A stretch of 64,000 nt of DNA from Thermoprotei archaeon (GTDB lineage Archaea; Thermoproteota; Thermoprotei; Thermoproteales; B15-G16), in NCBI GenBank assembly GCA_003649205.1, contig QMRC01000006.1, forward strand, positions 13,190 to 77,189. Direction: 5' to 3'. The notes under the pieces were generated by a model, which did not search any database, was not told where the DNA came from, and saw only the letters and a list, made by a program, of their open reading frames with translations. This document shows, one piece after another, positions 1 through 9,147 of this stretch. The position numbers and the translations under genes are program-made. Each line of letters opens with the position of its first letter. Within the stretch, counting starts at the first letter, position 1.

Positions 1-2249
1 ATAGACTAGCTCTATCACTGGGACTAACTGGTTACGTACGTAATTTAGGTGGTTCAGAGGTTGAGATCTGGATTGAGGGTAGTGAGGAGGCAATTAGGAA
101 GTTTATTGAGAGGTTGAGATCTGAGAAACCACCCTCTGCAAAAATTGAGGAGTTACGTATTGAAGAGGTTGAGTGTAGGGGATTTACTGAGTTCAAGATC
201 TTGAGGAGCAGTGAAGAGATCTCAGGTATATCCATGATCCCACCTGACATAGCTATCTGTAGGTACTGTCTTGAGGAGATTCTCAATCCATCATCTAGAT
301 GGTATCGATATCCATTCAACTCATGTGCTTGGTGTGGACCTAGGTTCTCAATGATAGAGAGAGTACCGTACGATAGAGAAAATACGTCTATGAGGGATTT
401 CCCGCTATGCGATGAGTGTTTGAGAGAGTATAGTGATGTGGGTAATGTCAGGAGATACCACGCACAAGGCATATCCTGTCCCAAATGCGGTCCCAAGGTA
501 ACTCTACTCGATAAGCATGGTGAAGTAGTTGATGTCAAGGACCCCATATCTGTAGCAGCTAGGTTAATAGATGAGGGCTACATCATTGCTGTCAAGGGCT
601 TAGGTGGTTACCACATAGCGTGTCTAGCGACTGATGACGATGTTGTGTTGAGATTGAGGATGAGAAAGAAGAGAACGAGGAAACCATTTGCACTAATGGT
701 ACTTGACGTGAGTGTTGGTATGAGACTTTGCTACCTAACTAGTAAACATGTTGAGTTACTAACATCACCTGAAGCACCTATAGTCATTGCACCTAGGAGA
801 GAGGATGCACCTGTATCACCCTACGTTGCGCCCAATATGAGTACCCTAGGCATAATGCTTCCATACACCGGTCTACACTACCTACTACTTAGTGAGCTGA
901 GAGATAAATTCGCTATCATGACTAGTGGTAACATACATGGCAAGCCAACGATAATTAGTGACGATGTTGCACTGAAGGAGCTTGGGAATGTAGTTGATTA
1001 CCTCCTAGTACACAACCGCAGAATAGTTAATCGAGTTGATGATAGTGTTGTGAGGTTAACCGATGGTGAACCAACTATTCTGAGAAGAAGTAGAGGATAT
1101 GCACCAACTTGGCTGAAACTACCCTTTAAACTACCTAGACCGGTTATTGCCTTTGGTGCTGAGTTGAGTAGTTGTGGTGCTATTGGTATTGATAGGTACG
1201 TAATACCGACACAGTATGTTGGTGATGTGGATGAGTATGAGAACTTAGTATTTCTAGAGCAAGCACTGAGGTTCCTGATTAGGAACTATAGGGTAGATCT
1301 AGGGAGATCGGTTCTGGTATCTGACCTACATCCAAGGTATACAAGTACGTACTTAGCTAGGAAGTGGAGTGAAGAAAATAAGGTACCCTTAATGCAGGTT
1401 CAACACCATCACTCTCACATCGTTGCTGTTTTGGTTGATCACGGTATTGATCCTGACGAGGAGGTTATAGGTATTGCAATCGATGGTTTAGGGTATGGGA
1501 TAGATGGTAACGCATGGGGTGGCGAGGTCCTTAGGGTGACATACCGTGGATTTAGGAGAGTTGGTCACCTTCGTTACCAGGTAATGCCTGGTGGTGACCT
1601 AGCGGTTAAGTACCCAATAAGGATGTTAATCAGTATACTCGCTAGTAAGCTGGAAGAAGATGAGGTAAAGAAGTTCATTAAGGAGCTAGGCTACAGGAAC
1701 TACCTTGAGTCGTTGGAGTTTGAAACTATTCTGAAGCAGGTTAAGATGGGAAGTCCAGTGACATCTAGTATGGGGAGAGTGCTCGATGCGATATCAGTAG
1801 CTCTCGGTATTTGTTGGGAGAGAACATACGAAGGTGAACCGGCTATCTTATTGGAGGAACATGCTAGGGGTGGGAAGCTACTTGATGGCATCCGCGTACC
1901 GATACATTACATGGATGATAGCTACATCATTGATACGACAGAACTGCTCTATCAGGTCATAGAGCATGCTATTGAAGGATACGATACTAAGTCTATTGCA
2001 TTAACAGCTCAGTACGAGCTAGGTAGAGCACTTGGTGATGTTGCTAAGAGGTGTAGCACAAGAGGTATAACTTACGTGGTCGTCTCCGGTGGGTGTGCTG
2101 TTAACGACTACATAGTTAAAGGTATTAGAGAAGCCCTCACCAGTACATCCCTCAAATTGCTCAGAGCGCGAAGGATACCACCTAATGATGGTTCCATAGC
2201 TGTGGGTCAAGTAGCTATTGTAGGTGCTGAATTGCTTAACGAGAACTAG
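1..2249 (+). CDS. hypF: [NiFe]-hydrogenase maturation carbamoyltransferase HypF (5' end upstream of window)
   Basis: The frame stays open back to position 3 (..GYVRNLGGSEVEIWIEGSEEAIRKFIERL, acylphosphatase-like domain). It has two zinc-finger pairs (CRYC..CAWCGPRFS and CDEC..CPKCGPK), a YrdC-like block (KGLGGYHIAC) and a Kae1-like C-terminal half. It is adjacent to hypC/D/E. Confidence 0.9.
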   Translation, partial: RLALSLGLTGYVRNLGGSEVEIWIEGSEEAIRKFIERLRSEKPPSAKIEELRIEEVECRGFTEFKILRSSEEISGISMIPPDIAICRYCLEEILNPSSRWYRYPFNSCAWCGPRFSMIERVPYDRENTSMRDFPLCDECLREYSDVGNVRRYHAQGISCPKCGPKVTLLDKHGEVVDVKDPISVAARLIDEGYIIAVKGLGGYHIACLATDDDVVLRLRMRKKRTRKPFALMVLDVSVGMRLCYLTSKHVELLTSPEAPIVIAPRREDAPVSPYVAPNMSTLGIMLPYTGLHYLLLSELRDKFAIMTSGNIHGKPTIISDDVALKELGNVVDYLLVHNRRIVNRVDDSVVRLTDGEPTILRRSRGYAPTWLKLPFKLPRPVIAFGAELSSCGAIGIDRYVIPTQYVGDVDEYENLVFLEQALRFLIRNYRVDLGRSVLVSDLHPRYTSTYLARKWSEENKVPLMQVQHHHSHIVAVLVDHGIDPDEEVIGIAIDGLGYGIDGNAWGGEVLRVTYRGFRRVGHLRYQVMPGGDLAVKYPIRMLISILASKLEEDEVKKFIKELGYRNYLESLEFETILKQVKMGSPVTSSMGRVLDAISVALGICWERTYEGEPAILLEEHARGGKLLDGIRVPIHYMDDSYIIDTTELLYQVIEHAIEGYDTKSIALTAQYELGRALGDVAKRCSTRGITYVVVSGGCAVNDYIVKGIREALTSTSLKLLRARRIPPNDGSIAVGQVAIVGAELLNEN

Positions 2250-2478
2250 TTTTAGGAACCTTAATTGAGTTAACTACCTCACTGAGCAACTTCAGCATCT
2301 CAAGAGCCTCTTCCCTACTGATCTTTGATATTGCGAAACCTGCATGAACAATTACGTAATCACCTGGTTGAACATCTGGAGTCAACACTATGGATACCTC
2401 CTTCCGTAGACCACCGAAGTCAACTATAGCTGTATCTCCTCTAACCTCGAGGACTTTACCTGGAATACCCAGACACAT
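2236..2478 (-). CDS. hypC: hydrogenase maturation chaperone HypC
   Basis: 80 aa. It starts MCLGIPGKV (the hallmark N-terminal Cys) and has HypC/HupF-like length and context. Confidence 0.85.
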   Translation of the reverse strand: MCLGIPGKVLEVRGDTAIVDFGGLRKEVSIVLTPDVQPGDYVIVHAGFAISKISREEALEMLKLLSEVVNSIKVPKTSSR

Positions 2479-2482
2479 GAAA

Positions 2483-3364
2483 TTACATCACCAGTACTAA
2501 ATCAGGTACATAGCCCGGATTAAATTTAACTGCCTTTACATCAACATACTCTGATAAGGTCTCTGGCACATCACCATGGCACCTGAGGTATCTTAGTACC
2601 AATTCCGGGTCATAGCATATAGCACTCAATTTAGCTCTACGTGAAGTCGTAGACTCGTTATGTCTTAGGGAAAGGAGACAGAGGCTACTTGCTAACTCAT
2701 CCATGTCAGTGGATATGAGGAGGAATGGAGGAATAACAGGTAGAGTTAGGTACTTCCCAGCTCTCTTATCAAAATACATACCGTACTCCCTGCCAAGTAC
2801 CTGTGGCGTATTGTTGAGTATTAGGGTCGGTATACAGAGTGCGAGTAGTGCAAGTACTTCACTTAGCTCAAAGTCGTCCTTAATGACCGTAATCGGTATG
2901 TTGAGTAGTATTAAGTGAATTGCTCTTGAGAGATCTAGGTACGTACTATAGCTCCAGAGACAGCAGAGGTACAGTACAAGAGCAAGAAGCTCGATGATGC
3001 TTTCGCACCTTATCACAACCACTCTACTGGCTAACCTACCTAGGTCAATTGAGGGATCTTCAGTAAATAAAAAGGTAGTGAACTTACCAAGTAGTACGTG
3101 AGGTGTGTACTTCCTCAGTAATCTTCTCTTACATAGAACCTCTTCGCCAAAGTTAGTACGCTCGCAACATCTCAACATTGATATCAGGGTGTTGATGTCT
3201 ATAGCATAAACCTCGTGCTTCGCAAGCTTGCAGAAGACCTTGACACCCATGACCTTGAATTTCGCATGCTGAACAGGAGGTGCATTCTGTAGACAGTACC
3301 TAATCTCTGGCTCAACCTCGTAGTACTGTGTGTACACTGCCCTCAACACATCGTCTAAGTACAT
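2483..3364 (-). CDS. hypothetical protein embedded in the hyp cluster
   Basis: 293-aa ORF packed tightly between hypC and the hypD-like gene on the same strand. Cys/Leu-rich, with no motif I recognise. Confidence 0.5.
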   Translation of the reverse strand: MYLDDVLRAVYTQYYEVEPEIRYCLQNAPPVQHAKFKVMGVKVFCKLAKHEVYAIDINTLISMLRCCERTNFGEEVLCKRRLLRKYTPHVLLGKFTTFLFTEDPSIDLGRLASRVVVIRCESIIELLALVLYLCCLWSYSTYLDLSRAIHLILLNIPITVIKDDFELSEVLALLALCIPTLILNNTPQVLGREYGMYFDKRAGKYLTLPVIPPFLLISTDMDELASSLCLLSLRHNESTTSRRAKLSAICYDPELVLRYLRCHGDVPETLSEYVDVKAVKFNPGYVPDLVLVM

Positions 3365-3375
3365 GAGAGCTTCCT

Positions 3376-4389
3376 CTAGCTACCCTTAAGCCACCAGTAC
3401 CAGATGCTACAAGTGCCGTCTGGAATGGCCATAGGTAGCCCTAGAGGGTTATGTGGATTACATCTCACATTGAAGTGAGGACAAGATATAGGGAGCTCCC
3501 TACCCTCAATAACACCCCTACAGTGGGTGAGATGGGGGAAATCTTCGAGATCAAGTTCATCGCGTAGATGTAGGTATTGATGAACATCATAGATTGAGAA
3601 CTCATCCCTGAATGAGAAACCACTCAGCGGTATCTCTCCTATAGCAAACCAAGGTATATCACAACGTTTAAACACCTCATTAATTACGGCATCTAGAGAA
3701 CGTGGCGTGGAGGTACTAGGGGTGAGGGAACTCAATTCCTCTAATACACTTGATATAGCTAGTAACACATCAGTACAGCAAGTAAGTGAGGATATCACGT
3801 ACTTACATCTATACACGGAGATCAACCTTGAGAAGTCACTTAGATTCTCAAGAATGTTGAAAGTTCTTGGAAAAATAAGTCCTCTAATGGTGGAACCCTC
3901 ACGAGCTATCAAGTACTCTAGGAATGTGATGAGAGATCTACAGGAAAGATAGAACTTCACATTGCTAGGAACTTCACCTCTCAATATCGAGTAAGCTAAC
4001 TCAATTACTTCTGGTTCAAATCCGGGATAAAATATAACGACTAACTTATGACTAAATCTCTTAGCTAATTCAAGCGCTTCTGCTAGATTACTGAAGGAGA
4101 CTACGTTACCGAGCTCTCTCAGGAGATTAACAGTACCTAACCTTGAGGGGTACAAAAGTACAGTGCCTGACCTACATAATGTAGCTACGTTACGTAACTC
4201 ACTTATTGTGCAACACGTGTACGGTGACGTTGGCCCTGGCATTATGGTTAAATTCTGTGGTAAATATGCTCTGAGGTAATGCTTAAGGAGTTGGTACTCA
4301 CAACTGCTTGAGAAGTGAAGTATCTTCACCTCACTCTCTGAATATAGACCATGTATCTTCCTGAGTAGCTCATCAACTTTACCAGCCAT
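3376..4389 (-). CDS. HypD-like hydrogenase maturation protein (divergent)
   Basis: Sits in the hypD position between hypC and hypE. The C-terminal Cys pattern C-x12-C-x6-C-x16-C (HCRG..SCPHFNVRCNPHNPLGLPMAIPDGTC) resembles the HypD [4Fe-4S] motif, and there is a GFEPE block where GFETT is expected. The N-terminal CGHT and GPGCPVC motifs are not conserved (SSSCEYQ, PGPTSPYTCC). Confidence 0.6.
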   Translation of the reverse strand: MAGKVDELLRKIHGLYSESEVKILHFSSSCEYQLLKHYLRAYLPQNLTIMPGPTSPYTCCTISELRNVATLCRSGTVLLYPSRLGTVNLLRELGNVVSFSNLAEALELAKRFSHKLVVIFYPGFEPEVIELAYSILRGEVPSNVKFYLSCRSLITFLEYLIAREGSTIRGLIFPRTFNILENLSDFSRLISVYRCKYVISSLTCCTDVLLAISSVLEELSSLTPSTSTPRSLDAVINEVFKRCDIPWFAIGEIPLSGFSFRDEFSIYDVHQYLHLRDELDLEDFPHLTHCRGVIEGRELPISCPHFNVRCNPHNPLGLPMAIPDGTCSIWYWWLKGS

Positions 4390-4401
4390 GGTATAACCTA
4401 G

Positions 4402-5421
4402 CTAGCAAATTCTAGGTATAGGTGCGCCAATTGGAGGTTGAAGAATTCTGGCGCTACCAATACTTGTTCTAAGCAGTACAGTCCCTCTAGGCTCCTCCCT
4501 TACCTCACCTATCACCGAAGCTTCACTAAATCCATATCTCTTAAGCTCCTCAATCAATTCATCAGCAAATTCCGCATCAACAGACATCACCATCTGACCT
4601 TCACATGCTAACTCAAGGTAATCTACACCAGTTAACTCAGCTAACGAACGTACGGACTCCCTCACAGGTATATACTCCTCATAAATCACTATGCACACAT
4701 TAGATTTCCTAGCAAACTCATTGAGAGCCATAGCCAAGCCACCTCTAGTAGGGTCCTTACATGCATGTACGCCACCAACTCTCTTCATAACATCAATTAG
4801 CTCATACAGTGGTCTACAGTCACTACTGATACTGACCTCACTAAGCATGTTGAGTTGATGGGCTAGTACCATAGCACCGTGATCACCAACAGGACCAGTG
4901 ATAACAATCTTATCACCTACCTTAACATTGGAGTCAGATAGAGGACCAACCTCACATACACCAAGACCAACCATAGTCACAACAACTCCATCAAGAGAGC
5001 CCTTAGGCATAACCTTGAAGTCACCGCCGAGCAAAGCTATGTTGTACCTATTGGCTATATCCTGGATAGACTTCGCAATCCTAGCTAAATCACCTAGGGG
5101 AAACCCCTCTTCAACAACAATAGAGTCTAAAACAGCTACTGGACGAGCACCAACAGCAACTAAGTCATTTATCGTACCGGAGATAGCTAACTTACCGATA
5201 TCACCACCTGGAAAGAATACTGGCTTTATGGTGTAGCTATCGACTGTGATGGCTACCTTAAACTCACCAAACTCAACCACAGCAGAGTCATCAAAGTCAT
5301 CGAGACCTAGAGGACCTAGTCTCCTCTTAACAACATCACTAATAAGTGAGGTAACTAGCTTCTGAGTCTCCACACCACCAGCACCCATTACTAACGTAAT
5401 GACATCACCTAACTCACTCAT
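4402..5421 (-). CDS. hypE: hydrogenase maturation protein HypE
   Basis: 339 aa with a PurM/AIR-synthase-like fold signature (GGDIGKLA, GGDFKV). It ends in the HypE hallmark ..PRIC. Confidence 0.9.
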   Translation of the reverse strand: MSELGDVITLVMGAGGVETQKLVTSLISDVVKRRLGPLGLDDFDDSAVVEFGEFKVAITVDSYTIKPVFFPGGDIGKLAISGTINDLVAVGARPVAVLDSIVVEEGFPLGDLARIAKSIQDIANRYNIALLGGDFKVMPKGSLDGVVVTMVGLGVCEVGPLSDSNVKVGDKIVITGPVGDHGAMVLAHQLNMLSEVSISSDCRPLYELIDVMKRVGGVHACKDPTRGGLAMALNEFARKSNVCIVIYEEYIPVRESVRSLAELTGVDYLELACEGQMVMSVDAEFADELIEELKRYGFSEASVIGEVREEPRGTVLLRTSIGSARILQPPIGAPIPRIC

Positions 5422-5470
5422 CGCAGATCCCAGAAAATGAGAAATAACTCTTCTGAATTAAGTAATTCCC

Positions 5471-5626
5471 ATGAAGGAGCTGAAGAAGAGAGCTATATCA
5501 CTCGTCATAGCATCCATAGCACTCTCCACACTCGCACTAGCATACACACTGAGCGAACAGTACCTAGTATCAACCATTACACTTGCATTACTATTACTAC
5601 TCCTCACATTGCTCCTCCTCAGGTAA
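5471..5626 (+). CDS. small hydrophobic protein (51 aa), not in the ORF track
   Basis: ATG at 5471. MKELKKRAISLVIASIALSTLALAYTLSEQYLVSTITLALLLLLLTLLLLR has two hydrophobic stretches. It looks more protein-like than the overlapping low-complexity track ORF 5437..5631. Confidence 0.3.
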   Translation: MKELKKRAISLVIASIALSTLALAYTLSEQYLVSTITLALLLLLLTLLLLR

Positions 5627-5672
5627 CTTAATTAACGTAGTTAGGTAACTAAGAGTAATGAGGGTTTAGTAC

Positions 5673-6581
5673 ATGGATGAGATTAGTTGGTTAATCGGTT
5701 TCCTCTTTTGGTTCCTACTAATAGCTCTAGTCTTCACACCATCACTACAGCATAGAGCACTAAAAGCCGCGAGATTGAGGTTAATTAGCGAGATAGAGCG
5801 TAAGTACGGTATTAGAGTGATAACACTAATACATAGACAGGAGAGAGTTAGCTTCTTCGGTATACCTGTCTACAGGTACATAGATATAGAGGATTCAGAG
5901 GAAATCATTAGAGCAATTAAGACAACACCACCAGACAAGACAATTGCTCTTATACTACACACACCAGGTGGCCTAGTACTAGCAGCCGCGCAAATAGCAA
6001 TGGCCCTTAAACGTCATCCAGGTAGAAAAATAGTGGTTATTCCACACTATGCAATGAGCGGTGGGACCCTAATCGCACTAGCAGCTGATGAGATATGGAT
6101 GGATCCAGATGCCGTACTGGGACCCCTTGATCCACAACTAACGCTAGGTCAAGGACTAGCTGTACCAGCTCCATCAGTTATCAAGGTAGCTAAGATGAAG
6201 GGTAAAGATGCAAGTGACCAATTACTAGTGATGGCTGACATAGCTGAGAAGGCAATAAATGAAGTTAGAGAACTAATCATTAGACTACTTAGCGATAAGC
6301 TACCAAGGGAAAGAGCAGAGGAAATAGCTAGAGCACTAACAGAGGGTAAATGGACACATGACTATCCACTAACAGTTGAAGAAGCGAAGAAACTCGGGTT
6401 ACCGATAAGGGAGTACATACCACCTGAAGTCTATGAATTAATGAAGTTATATCCACAAGCACAACCAAGTAGACCAGGTATCGAGTACATACCGTACCCC
6501 ATGCCAACACCTCAGGTACCTAGGAGAGTAGAGAGGAGGGGAGAGACAAGTAGCGTAACAGTACTAGGTTGGGTACTCTAG
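5673..6581 (+). CDS. membrane-anchored SDH-family (ClpP-fold) serine protease
   Basis: N-terminal TM helix followed by ..ALILHTPGGLVLAAAQIAMALKRHPGRKIVVIPHYAMSGGTLIALAADEIWMD.., which is typical of the serine dehydrogenase proteinase / SppA-like family. Confidence 0.7.
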   Translation: MDEISWLIGFLFWFLLIALVFTPSLQHRALKAARLRLISEIERKYGIRVITLIHRQERVSFFGIPVYRYIDIEDSEEIIRAIKTTPPDKTIALILHTPGGLVLAAAQIAMALKRHPGRKIVVIPHYAMSGGTLIALAADEIWMDPDAVLGPLDPQLTLGQGLAVPAPSVIKVAKMKGKDASDQLLVMADIAEKAINEVRELIIRLLSDKLPRERAEEIARALTEGKWTHDYPLTVEEAKKLGLPIREYIPPEVYELMKLYPQAQPSRPGIEYIPYPMPTPQVPRRVERRGETSSVTVLGWVL

Positions 6582-7304
6582 AACACCCTCTATCTCAAAT
6601 CCTCGATCTGTTTGTCTGTACACATACCTATCCTTCGAGTACACTGTCTTAACACACTTCTCAATCCACATAACTCTATATGCTCTACCCTTCTTCCAAA
6701 ATCTCTTCAACCTAATAACTACGTCAGGTAGCTGCCTTAGGAATACCTCAGTATTCTCATCCAAGACCCCTTCAGTATAAACTAAAAGGTAGATAGCATT
6801 GTACTTCCTAGCTTCAGCATGTAGCTTAGCCATTAGGTGGTATATTCGTTCTCTATCCATTGTAAAGAGAAGCGTAGAGAGATGCGATAGCACTAATCGA
6901 CCGTAAGAACCATCACTATAGACCTCAGCTTGAGCCAGTGATAGAGTCTCTAACAGCTCATCTACATTAAATGGATTTTCCACGACGTACTGAGCCTTAC
7001 TCTCGTGACCTACCCTAGGAGAGAAACAGTCAACAAATATCAGGTGCTCACGTTCAAAGTACTCTCTAACATTCCAACCAAATCTCTCCATACTCTCTAG
7101 AACATCTTCGGGAAACATATCAATAGTCACGTAGATACACTTCTCACCAGACATTAAACCATACCACAGTATTTGCTGTGCTAGTAAGTTCTTTCCAACA
7201 CCTACATCACCACTGATCATCACAACAGCAGGTCTAGGCAGACCACCTTCAAGAATATTGTCAAGTAAGTTAACTCCTGTAGCTGCTCTCAAGTACCTCA
7301 CCAA
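6564..7304 (-). CDS. KaiC/RecA-superfamily ATPase
   Basis: Walker A ISGDVGVGKNLLAQQ, a Walker B-like LIFVDCF, and about 245 aa, like single-domain archaeal KaiC/RadA paralogs. Confidence 0.6.
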   Translation of the reverse strand: MVRYLRAATGVNLLDNILEGGLPRPAVVMISGDVGVGKNLLAQQILWYGLMSGEKCIYVTIDMFPEDVLESMERFGWNVREYFEREHLIFVDCFSPRVGHESKAQYVVENPFNVDELLETLSLAQAEVYSDGSYGRLVLSHLSTLLFTMDRERIYHLMAKLHAEARKYNAIYLLVYTEGVLDENTEVFLRQLPDVVIRLKRFWKKGRAYRVMWIEKCVKTVYSKDRYVYRQTDRGFEIEGVLEYPT

Positions 7305-7391
7305 TTAAATACCTTAGGAATACAGGTAAATTAAGTTAGTAGTTTGGTGGAACTGATATACAGAATTTGTGACTAAAGCACGTGAAACATC

Positions 7392-7886
7392 ATGTTCTCA
7401 AATCTTAGCCTACTCACGTCAATACTCACTGTGTTGCTGCTATCTCTAGTACCTAGCTTTGAAGGTAGGTACGCGCTAGTGATTGGAATTGCTATGGGAT
7501 TGCACCCACTACTATCCTTCACTATAGCTAGTCTAGGTATCGTGATTCTCTCCCTCCTCGTACCCAGGTTGATAGAGTACATAGACCAACTCATTAGGAA
7601 GCTAGGTAAGAGATCCTCACTTAAATCCATAGCGTCGATGTACTTCAACTACTTAAACCGTGTTAGGAGAAAGGTAAAACCCTATGTAGATAGGTATGGA
7701 TTCATTGGACTCGTAATATTTGTTGCTTTACCTATCCCAGGTTCAGGTATTTGGACCGGGTCTATTGCTGGTTATGTACTTGGATTTGAAAAGAAGAAAG
7801 AAGTACCAGCCTTGATACTTGGTGGAATGCTATCTAATCTGATAACACTACTTACTGCACTCGGTTCTGCAGTTATCTTAGATTGA
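7392..7886 (+). CDS. small multi-drug-export-like membrane protein
   Basis: 164 aa with 4 TM segments. The N-terminal LVPSFEGRYALVIGIAMGL resembles the COG2426 / Sm_multidrug_ex family. Confidence 0.45.
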   Translation: MFSNLSLLTSILTVLLLSLVPSFEGRYALVIGIAMGLHPLLSFTIASLGIVILSLLVPRLIEYIDQLIRKLGKRSSLKSIASMYFNYLNRVRRKVKPYVDRYGFIGLVIFVALPIPGSGIWTGSIAGYVLGFEKKKEVPALILGGMLSNLITLLTALGSAVILD

Positions 7887-7917
7887 AAGGGATTAGAGGT
7901 TGGATGAAAGCTTAATT

Positions 7918-8832
7918 TCAAGCTAGTCCAACTAGTTGCTTTGCTATCTTAAATGCCTCGTCGTAGCCATAGAAGCCTCTCTCGCCCTTTATGAGCGCTC
8001 TCACTATTAGCTCCTTTTCAACTTCATTCCTCAACTTACCTATAGCTAGTGCACCATAGACGAAGGTCCCAGGTTTCTCAGGATACTCCTTACAGTCCCA
8101 AGATGGTTTAATACCTTCAATACCTAGTGGTGGAACTGCATTCACATCAGCTAGTACCTTACACTTCTCAGCTTTCTTCACGACGTCCTTAGGTACTAGC
8201 TGTAGTCCTGGTGGTCCTGTTGTCAATACTATATCGGCGTCCTTACAGATTTCTGCGAGCTTTTCTGGATACTCCTCGGCAACCCTCACTCTTTCAGCTC
8301 CAACCATCTTATTTATCTCTTCAGCTCTCTTCCTAGCTACATCCTTAAGTACATCAGCTATCACCACATTGGCCCCTTCCTTAGCCAGTAACCTACATGC
8401 TACAGTACCAACTCTACCAGCGCCACCAACCACAACAACCTTGAGACCTTCTATACCCATGTTAAACTTAGTCTTCAGACCATGCTCAACCTTAGCCACT
8501 AACGCAGCAGCTGTCGTATATGCACCAGCTGGATCAGCAATAACACTCATTACAAATGGCTCAAACATAGTCTTCTTAGCTAGTTCAAACATCTGCTCGA
8601 CTAAGTCCATATTTCTACCACCTATGAATAGTAGTGTGTGCTTAACACCTTCAGGTCCTCTGGGAAACATAGCATCGAGAATCAGTGACTTAGCCTTATT
8701 CAGCGCGTTCACATTTCCGTAGTAGAGAACCGCGTCAACACCAATATCGTACATGAACAGTATGTCAAAGGGACTAGGGTGCTCGTCCGTACTTAGGACT
8801 ATTGCTATCTTCTTAAAGCCCTTCTCACTCAT
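7918..8832 (-). CDS. MtdA-like NAD(P)-dependent methylene-tetrahydromethanopterin/tetrahydrofolate dehydrogenase
   Basis: Blocks STDEHPSPFDILFMYDIGVDAVLYYGNV, LFIGGRNM, DPAGAYTTAAA, a Rossmann VVVVGGAGRVG, ADVNAVPPLGIEGI and YGALAIGKL match the MtdA sequence pattern as I recall it. I prefer the internal start MSEKGFKK (8832) to the track start at 8880. Confidence 0.7.
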   Translation of the reverse strand: MSEKGFKKIAIVLSTDEHPSPFDILFMYDIGVDAVLYYGNVNALNKAKSLILDAMFPRGPEGVKHTLLFIGGRNMDLVEQMFELAKKTMFEPFVMSVIADPAGAYTTAAALVAKVEHGLKTKFNMGIEGLKVVVVGGAGRVGTVACRLLAKEGANVVIADVLKDVARKRAEEINKMVGAERVRVAEEYPEKLAEICKDADIVLTTGPPGLQLVPKDVVKKAEKCKVLADVNAVPPLGIEGIKPSWDCKEYPEKPGTFVYGALAIGKLRNEVEKELIVRALIKGERGFYGYDEAFKIAKQLVGLA

Positions 8833-9147
8833 ATAGATCCCTAGGGTAGGTATGGAATGACACGATATATCAATTTCCACATAGTATTCACTTCATAGAT
8901 CTTTAAACTTTGAAATTAGTGTGAGTATAATTCGTAGAGGGTCATTAAGCTCGGAAAATCATACCCATCAATTCTGCAGTAATCTCAATGCTGATATAGG
9001 TTAGTTCTCGCTTCACTTTAGTAATGTACCTTAGTTAATGCTGATTCCAACTTAATGGTGCACGAGATCTAGGTTGAGAATTTGGAATTAGAGTAAGTAT
9101 AACTGATATTAGCACCTGTGCTTTTTTCCTTCAGTTGGTGGGTCTCC

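Noticed and set aside
5437-5631. 64-aa track ORF (MRNNSSELSNSHEG..).
   Set aside because: It is a low-complexity Ser/Thr/His-rich peptide. An alternative frame gives a 51-aa two-helix hydrophobic protein, which I list instead, at low confidence.
8881-9117. Short repeats (AATGCTGAT twice; GAGTATAAT / AGTATAAC) in the 237-bp divergent intergenic region.
   Set aside because: They are short and imperfect and are consistent with two ordinary divergent promoters. Nothing supports an RNA gene or a special element.
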